This document shows, one piece after another, positions 17,504 to 26,399 of a stretch of 63,932 nt of DNA (position 1 is its first letter; every line of letters starts with the position of its first letter). The stretch lies in the IMG/VR virus record IMGVR_UViG_3300037070_001552, positions 1-63,932 of that record; one strand, 5' to 3'. The notes under the pieces are model-generated. The model was not told the origin of the DNA, did not search any database, and saw nothing but the letters and a program-made list of their open reading frames with translations. The DNA comes from a virus (taxonomy: Duplodnaviria > Caudoviricetes). The translations under genes and the position numbers were made by a program.

Positions 17504-17718
17504 TACTGGCTCTCTTCCTGTTGTGCGCGTTCGACCTCGAAGGCGAACATCGCGGCGATGCCGTCTGGCACGGGCTGGCAGCCCTTGCCTGGGCGAATGA
17601 AGTGGTGCACGTTGCCGTCCTCGTCCATCGTGACGAGCAACGCGCACAGCATGTACTCGTCAGTCGGGGCGTCCGGGAATGTGAGGACTCCCGAGCGGTG
17701 CAACGGTCGGTCTGCCAT
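17503..17718 (-). CDS. Hypothetical protein
   Basis: CCCCGGAAAGGA RBS; TAATG overlap with ssb. Confidence 0.7.
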   Translation of the reverse strand: MADRPLHRSGVLTFPDAPTDEYMLCALLVTMDEDGNVHHFIRPGKGCQPVPDGIAAMFAFEVERAQQEESQ

Positions 17719-17743
17719 GTTGTCCTTTCCGGGGTACGAACTA

Positions 17744-17772
17744 AGGCTATCAGTGACCTTAGCTTAGGGCTA
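17744..17772 (-). promoter_or_regulatory. Putative promoter (GACCTAAGG class)
   Basis: TAGCCC-N17 (begins TAAG)-TAGCCT. Confidence 0.55.
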
Positions 17773-17773
17773 C

Positions 17774-17788
17774 CCCAAACCGTTTGGG
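17774..17788. promoter_or_regulatory. Palindromic operator CCCAAACSGTTTGGG, copy 1
   Basis: Same 15-mer at 30292, 32545 and 33505; all copies intergenic. Confidence 0.7.
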
Positions 17789-17790
17789 CT

Positions 17791-18024
17791 TCACTGATTT
17801 CGCGTCGGCGTAGTCGCTCCTATCCCCGCGAGGGCGTCGTAGTTGGACGGCAGCTCGCGTGCCGCTCGCCACCTCTCGACCGTCTTGACCGAGCAGCCGG
17901 CATAGCGCGCGATCTCCGTGTCGAAGTAGTTCCAGCTGTACGCGCGGCGGATCTCGGCCTCGATGATCTCGCGCTGTTCAGCGGTGTGTGCACCCCTGGT
18001 CTTGACTCCTGCGAACGGCATCAC
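17791..18024 (-). CDS. Helix-turn-helix DNA-binding protein
   Basis: DTEIARYAGCSVKTVERWR. Confidence 0.75.
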   Translation of the reverse strand: MMPFAGVKTRGAHTAEQREIIEAEIRRAYSWNYFDTEIARYAGCSVKTVERWRAARELPSNYDALAGIGATTPTRNQ

Positions 18025-18188
18025 TTCACCTCGAGAGTGTCGCCCTCGAGCAACGTGAAGTCTTTGACCACGATGACGCCGCCCGGCTCGCGCTCAACTC
18101 CCACGAGCAGTCGCACGGGCCACCGCTTTCGCGGTTGCCACCAGCGTCGTCCGGATTCCGCGATGAGAATGTTCACCGACTCCATCAC
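18021..18188 (-). CDS. Hypothetical protein
   Basis: Coupled overlaps on both sides. Confidence 0.55.
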   Translation of the reverse strand: MMESVNILIAESGRRWWQPRKRWPVRLLVGVEREPGGVIVVKDFTLLEGDTLEVK

Positions 18189-19369
18189 AGCACCGCCCGG
18201 ATCAGGTGCTCGGCGAGCAGCGGCGGCACCGCGTTGCCTATGGTCTCCCACTGGCGGTTGCGGTTGCCTCGCCAGGGGAAGTTGTCAGGGAATGTCTGTA
18301 GCACAGCGCCCTCCTCGATCGTGAAGTTGATCGCCTCGGAGTGATAGCGATCTCGGATGGATGCGACCTCGCCTCGAGCGATGTAGCCGTGGTCGCCCGG
18401 CTTGCGTGCGGACTCGAGCGTGAACGGTTCGCGGAGGATGAACGTCTCTGCCTCGATCGCGTTCATGATTCCGCGCTTCTGGCCGGTCGGCCCTCGAGAG
18501 ACAGAGCCGTGGCCGAGCACCGTCATGGCAGGGCGGTCGACGAATCCCCACCGTTTCCAGCTGCGCGTCTTGCTCGTCACGCCCCATGCTGGCCGCTCGG
18601 TCACGCGGAAGTCGCGAGCTCGGTACAGCCCGTCGTCCATCTGCACGCCGGCATCGCGCCCGTCGTAGCGGCGGGGGAATCCGACGACCCCCTCGGGGAA
18701 GCCGAGCGCGTCGGCCATCGAGACCCACGGCAACACGCCGGGATCGAGTCGCTCGGGAGAGCGGACGTGGTAGCGGCTGTGCGTCGGCGCCGGTGGGTAC
18801 ACGTGCTTGTGCCGGCTCGCCAGCAGGATCGCACGCCGGCGGGTCTGCGGCACGCCGTACGCCTCAGCTGAGACGGCGCCCGTCCACACGCTGTAGCCGT
18901 AGAGGCGAAGCACCTCGGCATAGCTCTCCCAGATCGGCAACACGAACGGCACCTGCTCGAGCACGATGGACGCGGGCTTGTCGCGGAGGATCACGAACAG
19001 CGGGAGCACCACGAGAATCGAGCGCTCGTCGATGCTGCGTGCCCGCGCCTCGTCGAGCAGGGAGTCGGCCGTCAGTTCACCGTCGCCGATGCGACGGATG
19101 AACGACTGCAGCATGCCCAGGCTCGAGCGCCCCTCGCCGCGACCGACTCGAGAGAACGGCTGGCAGGGTGGGCCCGCGGTCAGCAGCTCGTAGTGCAGGC
19201 GCATGGACTCAAGCACCCAGTCCCACACGTTCTGCCCGATCGTGATCATGCCGGCCGCGTCGCGCGTCTTGATCACATCCGGGTCTGCCTCCACCCCCAC
19301 CTCGGGGATGTTCATTCGATCCAGCGCGACGCCGAATCCGACGCCTGCATACAGGCTCAGCGCTGTCAT
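18185..19369 (-). CDS. C5 cytosine DNA methyltransferase
   Basis: SLYAGVG, GPPCQPFS, EQV, PQTRRR, LQTFP, IGNAVPP. Confidence 0.9.
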   Translation of the reverse strand: MTALSLYAGVGFGVALDRMNIPEVGVEADPDVIKTRDAAGMITIGQNVWDWVLESMRLHYELLTAGPPCQPFSRVGRGEGRSSLGMLQSFIRRIGDGELTADSLLDEARARSIDERSILVVLPLFVILRDKPASIVLEQVPFVLPIWESYAEVLRLYGYSVWTGAVSAEAYGVPQTRRRAILLASRHKHVYPPAPTHSRYHVRSPERLDPGVLPWVSMADALGFPEGVVGFPRRYDGRDAGVQMDDGLYRARDFRVTERPAWGVTSKTRSWKRWGFVDRPAMTVLGHGSVSRGPTGQKRGIMNAIEAETFILREPFTLESARKPGDHGYIARGEVASIRDRYHSEAINFTIEEGAVLQTFPDNFPWRGNRNRQWETIGNAVPPLLAEHLIRAVL

Positions 19370-19389
19370 GGTGTGTCCTTTCCGGGGAT

Positions 19390-19555
19390 CTGAAACATGG
19401 CAGAACAGCCGCCATGATTCGTTATTGGCAACATGGCGCCATGTTTCGGGATGGGGTGTTTTTCAGAAAACCCCTGATCAGAGAGAGAAATGTCTTTCAC
19501 GATATAAGAGAGAGACATACCCCTTGAAACATGGCGCCATGTTGCCATGTTTCAG
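19390..19555. other. Putative replication origin
   Basis: Repeated AACATGGC/GCCATGTT octamers around an AT-rich core, directly 3' of the primase/helicase gene. Confidence 0.6.
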
Positions 19556-21699
19556 ACCACGGTCCACTGAGCACCCCGCTTCTTCGTGGGGTGATCACCT
19601 TGCTGCGCTATCCGCCCCTGGTCAACGAGTATCTGTAGCGCGGCATCCGCGTTCTGCCTCATGCTCCGCGCCAGCTGGGTCTTGATCTGTGAGGTGAGCA
19701 TGCCCGGGTGTTCGCGGAGGATCGTGACGATGCGGTCGGCCGTGCGGTTCATGATCGTGGACTCACTCGCGATCAGGCGCTCGGCATCACCCTTGCCACG
19801 CGCGATGTTCTCGCGATTCGCGGCGCGCTGCAGGGTGTCGATGAGCATGTCGCGGGTCGCGTCGCTGTGCTCCATCACACGCTGCGCGCCCTCCCACCAC
19901 TGCACGGTCACGGTCGTGGCGCCGTGCAGGATCGACAGGAGCGCGGCGACCTTGAGCTTCGCGAGCATCCAGTGCCCCTTGAGTGCGTTGCCCTCCTCGC
20001 CCAGCTTGATCGCGATCTGCATGTCGAGCATTTCAGCGACGATCGTGTGGTCGACGGGCAGCACGTGCACCTCGCCCATCATGGGCTCGTGCCCGCCCTG
20101 GTAGAACGAGCTTGAGAACGGGATCGACGGCGGGATCGCACGATGCAGGGCGCCGGGATCTTCGGGGATGAACGAGCTCCGCGAGAGCGTGGGATCCTGC
20201 ACGGTGGCGAACACGAACCTCTGCGGCAGACCACCGATCGCGCTCTCCTCGGAGAACAGCACCTGCCCGAGCCCGGGCTGCACGCCAGCGATGAGCGCCA
20301 GCCTGTAGCTGTGCGCCGGCAGAGAACGGCGACGCTCCTGCGTCGCGTTCCCCGAGCCGGCATACGAGCCGGTCCACAACAGCTTGAGGTTCGACAGCAG
20401 GATCGAACCACTGCGGCCGGCGAGCGCCTCGAGCGAGTCGATCTCGTCGATCGCTGCGTACGCCTGCGTCTCCACGAGAACGTCGCGCCACTCGCCGTCC
20501 TGCTTCTGTCGCTCGACGAAGTGGGCGATCAGCCCCTCACCCGTGGAGGGTGAGAAGCGTTTGGCTACCTCGTTCGATCCACTCGGCCGCGGCCACAGCG
20601 ACTCGTCCACGCCGGTGATGAGCGCGCTCTTGCCGGCGCCCGACGGCCCGGCCAGGATCGAGAACTGGTTCAGCGATCCCTTGGGCAGAGATCCCAGGCG
20701 CGGCAGCTGGACCGACGGCGGGAGATCTGCGGACAGGCGGGTGAGCACGGTGAGCAGAGCGGCCCACGGATTCACGAGCTGCGCCTGTGCCCACGTGCGG
20801 ATGTGTACGAGCTCAGGTGAGGAGTCGAAGAACTCGTAGCCGGTCAGCGCCTGCGCCGTGGTCACGAGCTCGGCCGACTTCTCGGTCAGCCCACCGTTCG
20901 CACCCACGGCGTTGCCGAGCGAGACGTTCCACTCGGTCTGGTACTTCGGCTGGTTCCACGGTGGCCGTAGCCATTGGTGCATCAACTCCGTCAGCGCGAC
21001 GCCGGCGCCGGGGTTGCCCTCGCCTGCGAGTCGGATGATATGCACCATGCGTGACCACAACTCGGCCCGTCCGAAGTCTGTCCGCGGGATCTTGTTCGCG
21101 ATGACCGATTCCATGAGCGCGTTCGGCCGGCCGCCACCGATGGTGTTGAACCACTCGGCGAGCGTGCCGCCCCACTCGTCGCCGACCTCGGATGCCACGC
21201 TGTTCGAGAACCACGCGGGTGCCGGCCGGAACTCGTCGCGCGAGTCGGGCCATGCCTCGTCCCACCAGATGAAGTACGACCCGCCCGAACGGCGGTCGAC
21301 CCCGAGAAGCTTGGTCCCATCCTCGAGCTTGTGGTCCTTGGTCGGACCCACGGCTGGACCCTCTGCCGCGTAGATGAAGTGGAACCCACCGCTCTGCGTC
21401 TCGTACCAGTAGGTCGGCTCCGGCGGCCAGTGTCCCGCAGCGGCGAGCGATTCGGAACCGTTCTTCTCCGGCTTGTGGTCGATGTCCTGACAGTTGAGGC
21501 CGGATGCGCCAGCGGCTACGCCGATGAGCGCTTCGGGTGTGGCCTGCCACCATGCCTGGATCTGGCCGGGGTCGGTCGTCGCCTCGAGAAAGCCGTGCTC
21601 GGTGCGCGGCGCTTTCATGAAGTCGCCGCTCTCCCAGCAGGGGAAAACGTGGAGCCCCAGGGTGGCGAGCGCCAGTGCGCGCTGCCCGTTGTCGCTCAC
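19552..21699 (-). CDS. Bifunctional primase-polymerase / helicase
   Basis: VFPC...KAP..HGFLEATTD, DID, TQSGGFH; Walker A GPSGAGKS; Walker B IDEID. Confidence 0.88.
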   Translation of the reverse strand: MSDNGQRALALATLGLHVFPCWESGDFMKAPRTEHGFLEATTDPGQIQAWWQATPEALIGVAAGASGLNCQDIDHKPEKNGSESLAAAGHWPPEPTYWYETQSGGFHFIYAAEGPAVGPTKDHKLEDGTKLLGVDRRSGGSYFIWWDEAWPDSRDEFRPAPAWFSNSVASEVGDEWGGTLAEWFNTIGGGRPNALMESVIANKIPRTDFGRAELWSRMVHIIRLAGEGNPGAGVALTELMHQWLRPPWNQPKYQTEWNVSLGNAVGANGGLTEKSAELVTTAQALTGYEFFDSSPELVHIRTWAQAQLVNPWAALLTVLTRLSADLPPSVQLPRLGSLPKGSLNQFSILAGPSGAGKSALITGVDESLWPRPSGSNEVAKRFSPSTGEGLIAHFVERQKQDGEWRDVLVETQAYAAIDEIDSLEALAGRSGSILLSNLKLLWTGSYAGSGNATQERRRSLPAHSYRLALIAGVQPGLGQVLFSEESAIGGLPQRFVFATVQDPTLSRSSFIPEDPGALHRAIPPSIPFSSSFYQGGHEPMMGEVHVLPVDHTIVAEMLDMQIAIKLGEEGNALKGHWMLAKLKVAALLSILHGATTVTVQWWEGAQRVMEHSDATRDMLIDTLQRAANRENIARGKGDAERLIASESTIMNRTADRIVTILREHPGMLTSQIKTQLARSMRQNADAALQILVDQGRIAQQGDHPTKKRGAQWTVV

Positions 21700-21755
21700 T
21701 TCGAGCCCCAGATGTAGGGCAGATTGATAACGAATGGGCTAGATGATGTGCTCAT
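21696..21755 (-). CDS. 19-aa leader ORF coupled to prim-pol
   Basis: GGAG RBS; MSTSSSPFVINLPYIWGSK*; GTGA overlap. Confidence 0.4.
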   Translation of the reverse strand: MSTSSSPFVINLPYIWGSK

Positions 21756-21858
21756 GTGTGAACTCCGGGCTTGCATTATCGCCGCGCGTGCCACACAATG
21801 TGAGACGCGAGGCATTCGACTTGTCTCGGAAGCGTACCCCTAGGGCGGCGGCTTCCGC

Positions 21859-21894
21859 GAGAGCCCCCCCGAACTCAGACCCGGGGGGGTTCTC
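21859..21894. terminator. GC-rich hairpin, terminator-like
   Basis: GAGAGCCCCCCCG / CGGGGGGGTTCTC. Confidence 0.5.
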
Positions 21895-21939
21895 TCATTC
21901 TCTCGATGCTACGCTGATCCTGTTTCCATCCGGGGAGCA

Positions 21940-21974
21940 GAGGGCCCGACGCCCGTCGTGTGTGTCGGGCCCTC
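21940..21974 (-). terminator. Hairpin at end of upstream operon
   Basis: GAGGGCCCGAC / GTCGGGCCCTC overlapping the stop codon at 21973. Confidence 0.5.
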
Positions 21975-22173
21975 ACCCTGTCCAGTTGAGTCGGCACCCC
22001 GCGCAGTGATGCGGTTGGAGGTGTCCGCCATCCGGCAGGTGATCCGTGCAGATGTGCAGCGTGTGCCCACGGACCAGCCAGTCCCACACCCGACGACTTC
22101 GCGTGGCACCACGCACGGTGGAGTAGCACGGTCGGTATGGCACGGGCTGTGCCACGAGCTCGTCGAAGTTCAT
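21973..22173 (-). CDS. Hypothetical protein
   Basis: MNFDELV...; ATGA overlap. Confidence 0.55.
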   Translation of the reverse strand: MNFDELVAQPVPYRPCYSTVRGATRSRRVWDWLVRGHTLHICTDHLPDGGHLQPHHCAGCRLNWTG

Positions 22174-22463
22174 CGGCCTCGCAGTCGGCGCATGCCGGCT
22201 GCGATCACGAGCGAGATCGGCACCTTGTCGACGGCGGTCTTTGCACGCACGGCTGCCCACTTCTCGGTGTCGATGTAGATGCTCGTCTTAGCCGGCACGG
22301 GCTTGGTCACCTCGAGCTTGCCGGCGAGGTAGTCGTCGAAGATGGCACGCACGATCTCGGATGCCGAGACTTTCTGCAGGCTGGCGATCGAGGGCAGTGC
22401 GTCCTTGTCCTCCTCGCTCATGTACACCGTGCGGATCTGATCGGTTGCGGTGGTGTCGGTCAT
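22170..22463 (-). CDS. Tandem ribbon-helix-helix DNA-binding protein
   Basis: RTVYMSEE...SASEIVR and KTSIYIDTE...PISLVI; AAAGGA RBS. Confidence 0.65.
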   Translation of the reverse strand: MTDTTATDQIRTVYMSEEDKDALPSIASLQKVSASEIVRAIFDDYLAGKLEVTKPVPAKTSIYIDTEKWAAVRAKTAVDKVPISLVIAAGMRRLRGR

Positions 22464-22732
22464 CGGTTGTCCTTTCGTGGGGGGTTGGGCTTGAAGCACA
22501 GCCAGATGTCGGCGATCTCTCGGCCGTCATCGGTGGTCGTGCGGGTGGTGATGTAGGCGTGAAGCTTGCCATCGGGCAGGTGCAGTGCGCGTGCCTTGCG
22601 CCGACGCACGCGGTCGACCAGGCTGACGGGTGCTCCGACCATCGAGGGGAACAGGCGCGGCCGCCCAGGGCGAGCGCGCAGCTCGGCCACGATGAACGCC
22701 CACGGATAGATGGGCTTGCCCTTGGCGCCCAT
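22460..22732 (-). CDS. Hypothetical protein
   Basis: Coupled overlaps. Confidence 0.65.
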   Translation of the reverse strand: MGAKGKPIYPWAFIVAELRARPGRPRLFPSMVGAPVSLVDRVRRRKARALHLPDGKLHAYITTRTTTDDGREIADIWLCFKPNPPRKDNR

Positions 22733-23106
22733 CAGAACGGGGTGCCGGCCATCGCCGTCTTGCGCAGGAGCGTGAGCCCGTCGGGCAACTCCTTGTACGC
22801 ACGGACAGCAGAGATCAGTCCCTCGAACCCGCGCTCGAGGCGCTCCATGTTCGACTGGTCTGCGCTCAGTGCGGCCTCGATCAGCTTGGTCGTGAAGCCA
22901 CCGGGCTCCATTGCCGCGTCCTCGCCGGTGCTCAGCACGTACAGCACGTGCGCAGCGTCGTGCTGGGTGATGGTGTGAAGTGCGATGGGTCGATCGCTCA
23001 TGGCGACGACACCTCCTTGTCGTTCGAACTCTTCGATGGACATGCCAGTGATGAGCTCGAAAAGCTCGGGGCTGACGCCGGTGAAGCTCATACTCACGCT
23101 CGCCAT
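22732..23106 (-). CDS. Hypothetical protein
   Basis: CCCCGGAAAGGA RBS; possible internal start at MSDRP. Confidence 0.65.
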   Translation of the reverse strand: MASVSMSFTGVSPELFELITGMSIEEFERQGGVVAMSDRPIALHTITQHDAAHVLYVLSTGEDAAMEPGGFTTKLIEAALSADQSNMERLERGFEGLISAVRAYKELPDGLTLLRKTAMAGTPF

Positions 23107-23186
23107 GCTCATCCTTTCCGGGGAATTGGGAGGGGGCCGCCGCTATCTGAGTGGCGGTCGACCCCCATCGTGCAGTCTCTACTGCC

Positions 23187-23215
23187 AGTGTAGGGCAGGG
23201 TTCACCCTAGGTCCA
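23187..23215 (-). promoter_or_regulatory. Putative promoter (GACCTAAGG class)
   Basis: TGGACC-N17 (begins TAGGG)-TACACT. Confidence 0.6.
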
Positions 23216-23218
23216 GTG

Positions 23219-24115
23219 TCAGTTGTCGAAGCCGAACACCACGCGGATGTTCTCGTGCGGGATCGGGTTCTTCGCGGCGTCGAGGTAGTCGACCGGCTTG
23301 TCCTCGGCCTCGCCGGCGTCGACCATCCACTTCGGGGGCAGGCCGACAGCGAAGCGCTCGAGCTCGACGATCGCATTCATGAGCTCGCTGCCCTCGCCAC
23401 CGACACCGAGCGTGTCGTCCCAGGTGTGCTTGATGTAGTAGCGCGGCTCCTCGAACGCGGCGAGGTATGCCGCCTCGTCCCAGTCCTTACCCTTCCGCCA
23501 GTGCGGGAGGTAGAGCGCGTCGGTGATCGGCGGGCCGACGGGCCGGGCGCCTGCATCCCAGTCCTCCGAGTTGACGGTGCGGATGCCGCGGCCGCTGATC
23601 GAGCCGGACCACCCGGTCGGGTTGACGCCGTGATCGCGGAGCTTCTCGTAGTCCTCGAGGGACAGCACTCCGGTGCGAGTGACGGTCGTCGACAGGCGGC
23701 CGGCATCACGGAATGCGACGAGCTCGGCGAGCGTGAACCACGAGTGGCTGTGCATGTCGACGCTCCACCCATCCACCTCGGCCAGCCAGGTGTAGCTCGC
23801 ATCCGACGGCACGCCACGCGGTTCGGACAGCGGTTCGAGATGCCGGCCGTCGCTGCGCACGCCGGCGAGCAGCGCGAACAGGTCGTAGTTCCGGTCGTCG
23901 AACGGAGCCATCCGACCCTTGCGGGTGAACGGCTCGTAGTTCGACTCGGGGTTGTAGTAGGTGTTCGGGAACAGCTGCCCGTCCTCCGAGTCCAGCGCCA
24001 CCCAGCGCTCGGAACCGGGTCGCCAGAGCCCTGCGATCTTCCCGTCCTCACCGACCCACGATCCCTGGTAGCGCTTCTCGCGTACCTCCACCATCGAGTG
24101 AATGTCACAGCCCAT
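23219..24115 (-). CDS. Phage hypothetical protein (MGCDIH...VFGFDN type)
   Basis: MGCDIH, RNYDLFALLAGVR, PRGVPSD, HSHSWFTLAEL, RVVFGFDN. Confidence 0.8.
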   Translation of the reverse strand: MGCDIHSMVEVREKRYQGSWVGEDGKIAGLWRPGSERWVALDSEDGQLFPNTYYNPESNYEPFTRKGRMAPFDDRNYDLFALLAGVRSDGRHLEPLSEPRGVPSDASYTWLAEVDGWSVDMHSHSWFTLAELVAFRDAGRLSTTVTRTGVLSLEDYEKLRDHGVNPTGWSGSISGRGIRTVNSEDWDAGARPVGPPITDALYLPHWRKGKDWDEAAYLAAFEEPRYYIKHTWDDTLGVGGEGSELMNAIVELERFAVGLPPKWMVDAGEAEDKPVDYLDAAKNPIPHENIRVVFGFDN

Positions 24116-24509
24116 AGCCGTAGTCCTTCCCTGCCTTGACGCTCGCCACGAAGTCGGCGTAGCTGATCGGTGTTGCGGATGTCTGCCTGTCCCACGGCGA
24201 GTCGAGGTTGGGCGGCGAGATCGTCTGAGCCTTGAGATCCACCACCCACTTCACGCCGTCGGCGTACGTGGGTCCGACGCCCATGCTCATGTTGTCGTCG
24301 ATGCCGGCTGCCCGGACGATCTCACGCATGATGACCGCGGCGAAGTAGTCGTGGTCGTCGTACCCCTTGCCTTCCCGCTCGATCGCCTTGGTGAGAATGG
24401 CCGGCGTCTCGTGTGCCAGCCAGTGCAGGTAGATGAACACGCTGCCACCCTTGGGTCGCCACGCTTCCTCGGCGGGGTAGCGCAGCTCGATGGATGCACG
24501 GTCGCCCAT
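24105..24509 (-). CDS. Hypothetical protein
   Basis: MGDRASI...IYLHW. Confidence 0.7.
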   Translation of the reverse strand: MGDRASIELRYPAEEAWRPKGGSVFIYLHWLAHETPAILTKAIEREGKGYDDHDYFAAVIMREIVRAAGIDDNMSMGVGPTYADGVKWVVDLKAQTISPPNLDSPWDRQTSATPISYADFVASVKAGKDYGYGL

Positions 24510-24892
24510 CAGCAGGCCGCCATTCCGTAGAACAGCCAGCCCGGTAGGCCACGGTCCAGCGGTGGCGCCCACGGATTCGAGAGCATCGCATCGGTCGGCT
24601 CGTCGGGCTTGAGCGGGATGGCCCACGCCGCCTCCCACTTCTGCGGGGTCACGAGCTTCGGGTCGTCCCAGTCCAGGTCGTCCTGGAACCACCACTGCGC
24701 TCGCTCGTACGCCTCGGTGGCAGTCATCGGCTCCTTGACTCCGGGGTCTTGGATCACCCCGCTCGTGGTGCTGATCGTGCCGTTGTAGGGGTCGTGCCCC
24801 TGCTCGTAGAACGCCTGCTCCACGAGCTCGCGGTAGGCATCCGCCATGCTGGCGGTGCCGCGGTACTCATTCTCGAATGAGGTTCCGCCCAT
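24509..24892 (-). CDS. Hypothetical protein
   Basis: GHDPYNGTIST...WLFYGMAAC; CCCCGGAGGGA RBS. Confidence 0.75.
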   Translation of the reverse strand: MGGTSFENEYRGTASMADAYRELVEQAFYEQGHDPYNGTISTTSGVIQDPGVKEPMTATEAYERAQWWFQDDLDWDDPKLVTPQKWEAAWAIPLKPDEPTDAMLSNPWAPPLDRGLPGWLFYGMAAC

Positions 24893-24918
24893 GATGTTCA
24901 TTCCCTCCGGGGTATGGG

Positions 24919-25503
24919 TCAGAGTGCGAGGTAGGTGCCGACGGATGTCAGCAACAGCGGGACGCCAGGCGTCACGGCGAACACGACTTCACCCGTGAAT
25001 GTCTGGCCGGCATACAGGTCGCCGGCGGTATACATCTGCGGGCCGGGCGTGACGACGCTGGCTTGGTTGAACAGCGTGCCGTCGGGGCCCACGAGCTTGA
25101 GGTTGTACGACTCGAAGCTCGGGCTGACCGGCTTGTCTGCGCTGATCCCCGTGTACGTGAGGTTGACCAGCACGTAGGTCATGCCGGCGGGCGGCAACTC
25201 GTTGAACTGGTTCGCCTCGAGCAGTGCCGTGGTCGCATCCCAGTTGGTGACGGCGGCCGTGAACGAGTAGAGCTCGTTGCCTCCCGCGTCCGTCGCGATG
25301 AGCGACGAGCCAGCGGGCCACGGGTTCTCGAGCGTGCCGACCTCGGGTGCCGGCGGCTCGGGCTCGGGTGCCGGCGTCTCCTCGGTCTGCGTGGCAGCGG
25401 GCTTGTCGATCGGCTCGTCGTCCTTGCTGATCGTCTTGCCGGAGCAGCCGGTGATGGTGAGCGCGGCGATCAGTGCGACCGCGGCGATGATGCGTGACTT
25501 CAT
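24919..25503 (-). CDS. Putative lipoprotein
   Basis: MKSRIIAAVALIAALTITGC signal and lipobox; AAGGAG RBS; Pro-rich linker. Confidence 0.75.
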   Translation of the reverse strand: MKSRIIAAVALIAALTITGCSGKTISKDDEPIDKPAATQTEETPAPEPEPPAPEVGTLENPWPAGSSLIATDAGGNELYSFTAAVTNWDATTALLEANQFNELPPAGMTYVLVNLTYTGISADKPVSPSFESYNLKLVGPDGTLFNQASVVTPGPQMYTAGDLYAGQTFTGEVVFAVTPGVPLLLTSVGTYLAL

Positions 25504-25513
25504 GTGTTCTCCT

Positions 25514-26008
25514 TTAGAGTGACGGGCTGTGCTCGTCGATGGAATGCATGCCGCCGAAGGTCTCGGCGAATGCGTGGTGTGCTGAGGTTCCGATGTTGAT
25601 CCCGATGTACTCGGTCGTTCCGTAGCGAGCGTCGGCTGCACTGGCAGCCTCGCCCCATGCTCGGCCGCAGTCCTGCAGGTTCTGGAACATGTCGGCCCAG
25701 TGCTTCGCGGCGGCCGTGAACATCACGTGAGGGTCGTCGTTCAGGTTGAGCAGAGCGAACAGTGCGGACGCCGACGGCTCGCTGCTCTGCGAGCGATGCG
25801 CTCGCAGGTAGTCGGCGATGCCATCTTGTGCCGGCTCCTTGAGCTCGAGCGTGGCGAGCGCAAAGCCGATGCCGCACGATGGGCTGCCATCTTCGTTGAA
25901 GTAGACGCATGCCTCCGGGTGCTCGTCGGTGTAGACGTAGTGCCGGCCCTTCTCCTCGATCGCCTTGTAGACGGCGGCGCGGATGTCGCTCAGTCCGATC
26001 ACTCGCAT
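25514..26008 (-). CDS. Hypothetical protein
   Basis: CVY...PSCGIG...QD.G..WGEA; GAGGGAG RBS. Confidence 0.7.
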   Translation of the reverse strand: MRVIGLSDIRAAVYKAIEEKGRHYVYTDEHPEACVYFNEDGSPSCGIGFALATLELKEPAQDGIADYLRAHRSQSSEPSASALFALLNLNDDPHVMFTAAAKHWADMFQNLQDCGRAWGEAASAADARYGTTEYIGINIGTSAHHAFAETFGGMHSIDEHSPSL

Positions 26009-26009
26009 G

Positions 26010-26399
26010 TCAGATCTCCCTCTCGTCTGGATCTTGCAGGTCGTACTCGCGAACCGGCGGCTCGAAGTGCTGAGCGTCGAGTCGCTCGCGTGCCTGCTCC
26101 TCGAGCACGAGCGGTAGCTCGGGCACGTCGCTCGGTTCGGTCCCGCCGTAGAGCGAGAGCAGATCGGGGCTCACCATCGTGGCGACCTCGATGTCTCGGG
26201 CCCGCTGCAGGATGCGCTCGGCCAGCACCACGAGATCGGCCGGCCGACCCTCGATGATGGCGACCTTGCCGTTGGCACCGATCAGGATCGCGGCTGCCTC
26301 GTTGGCCGTGCCGTCCTCGTCGACGAGAACGCCGGGCATGTGTGTGCTGTCGAGCTCGACGAACCGTGCGTTGAGCCACGTTGCGGTGTAGTCGGTCAT
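26010..26399 (-). CDS. Hypothetical protein
   Basis: MTDYTATW; GAAGGA RBS. Confidence 0.65.
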   Translation of the reverse strand: MTDYTATWLNARFVELDSTHMPGVLVDEDGTANEAAAILIGANGKVAIIEGRPADLVVLAERILQRARDIEVATMVSPDLLSLYGGTEPSDVPELPLVLEEQARERLDAQHFEPPVREYDLQDPDEREI

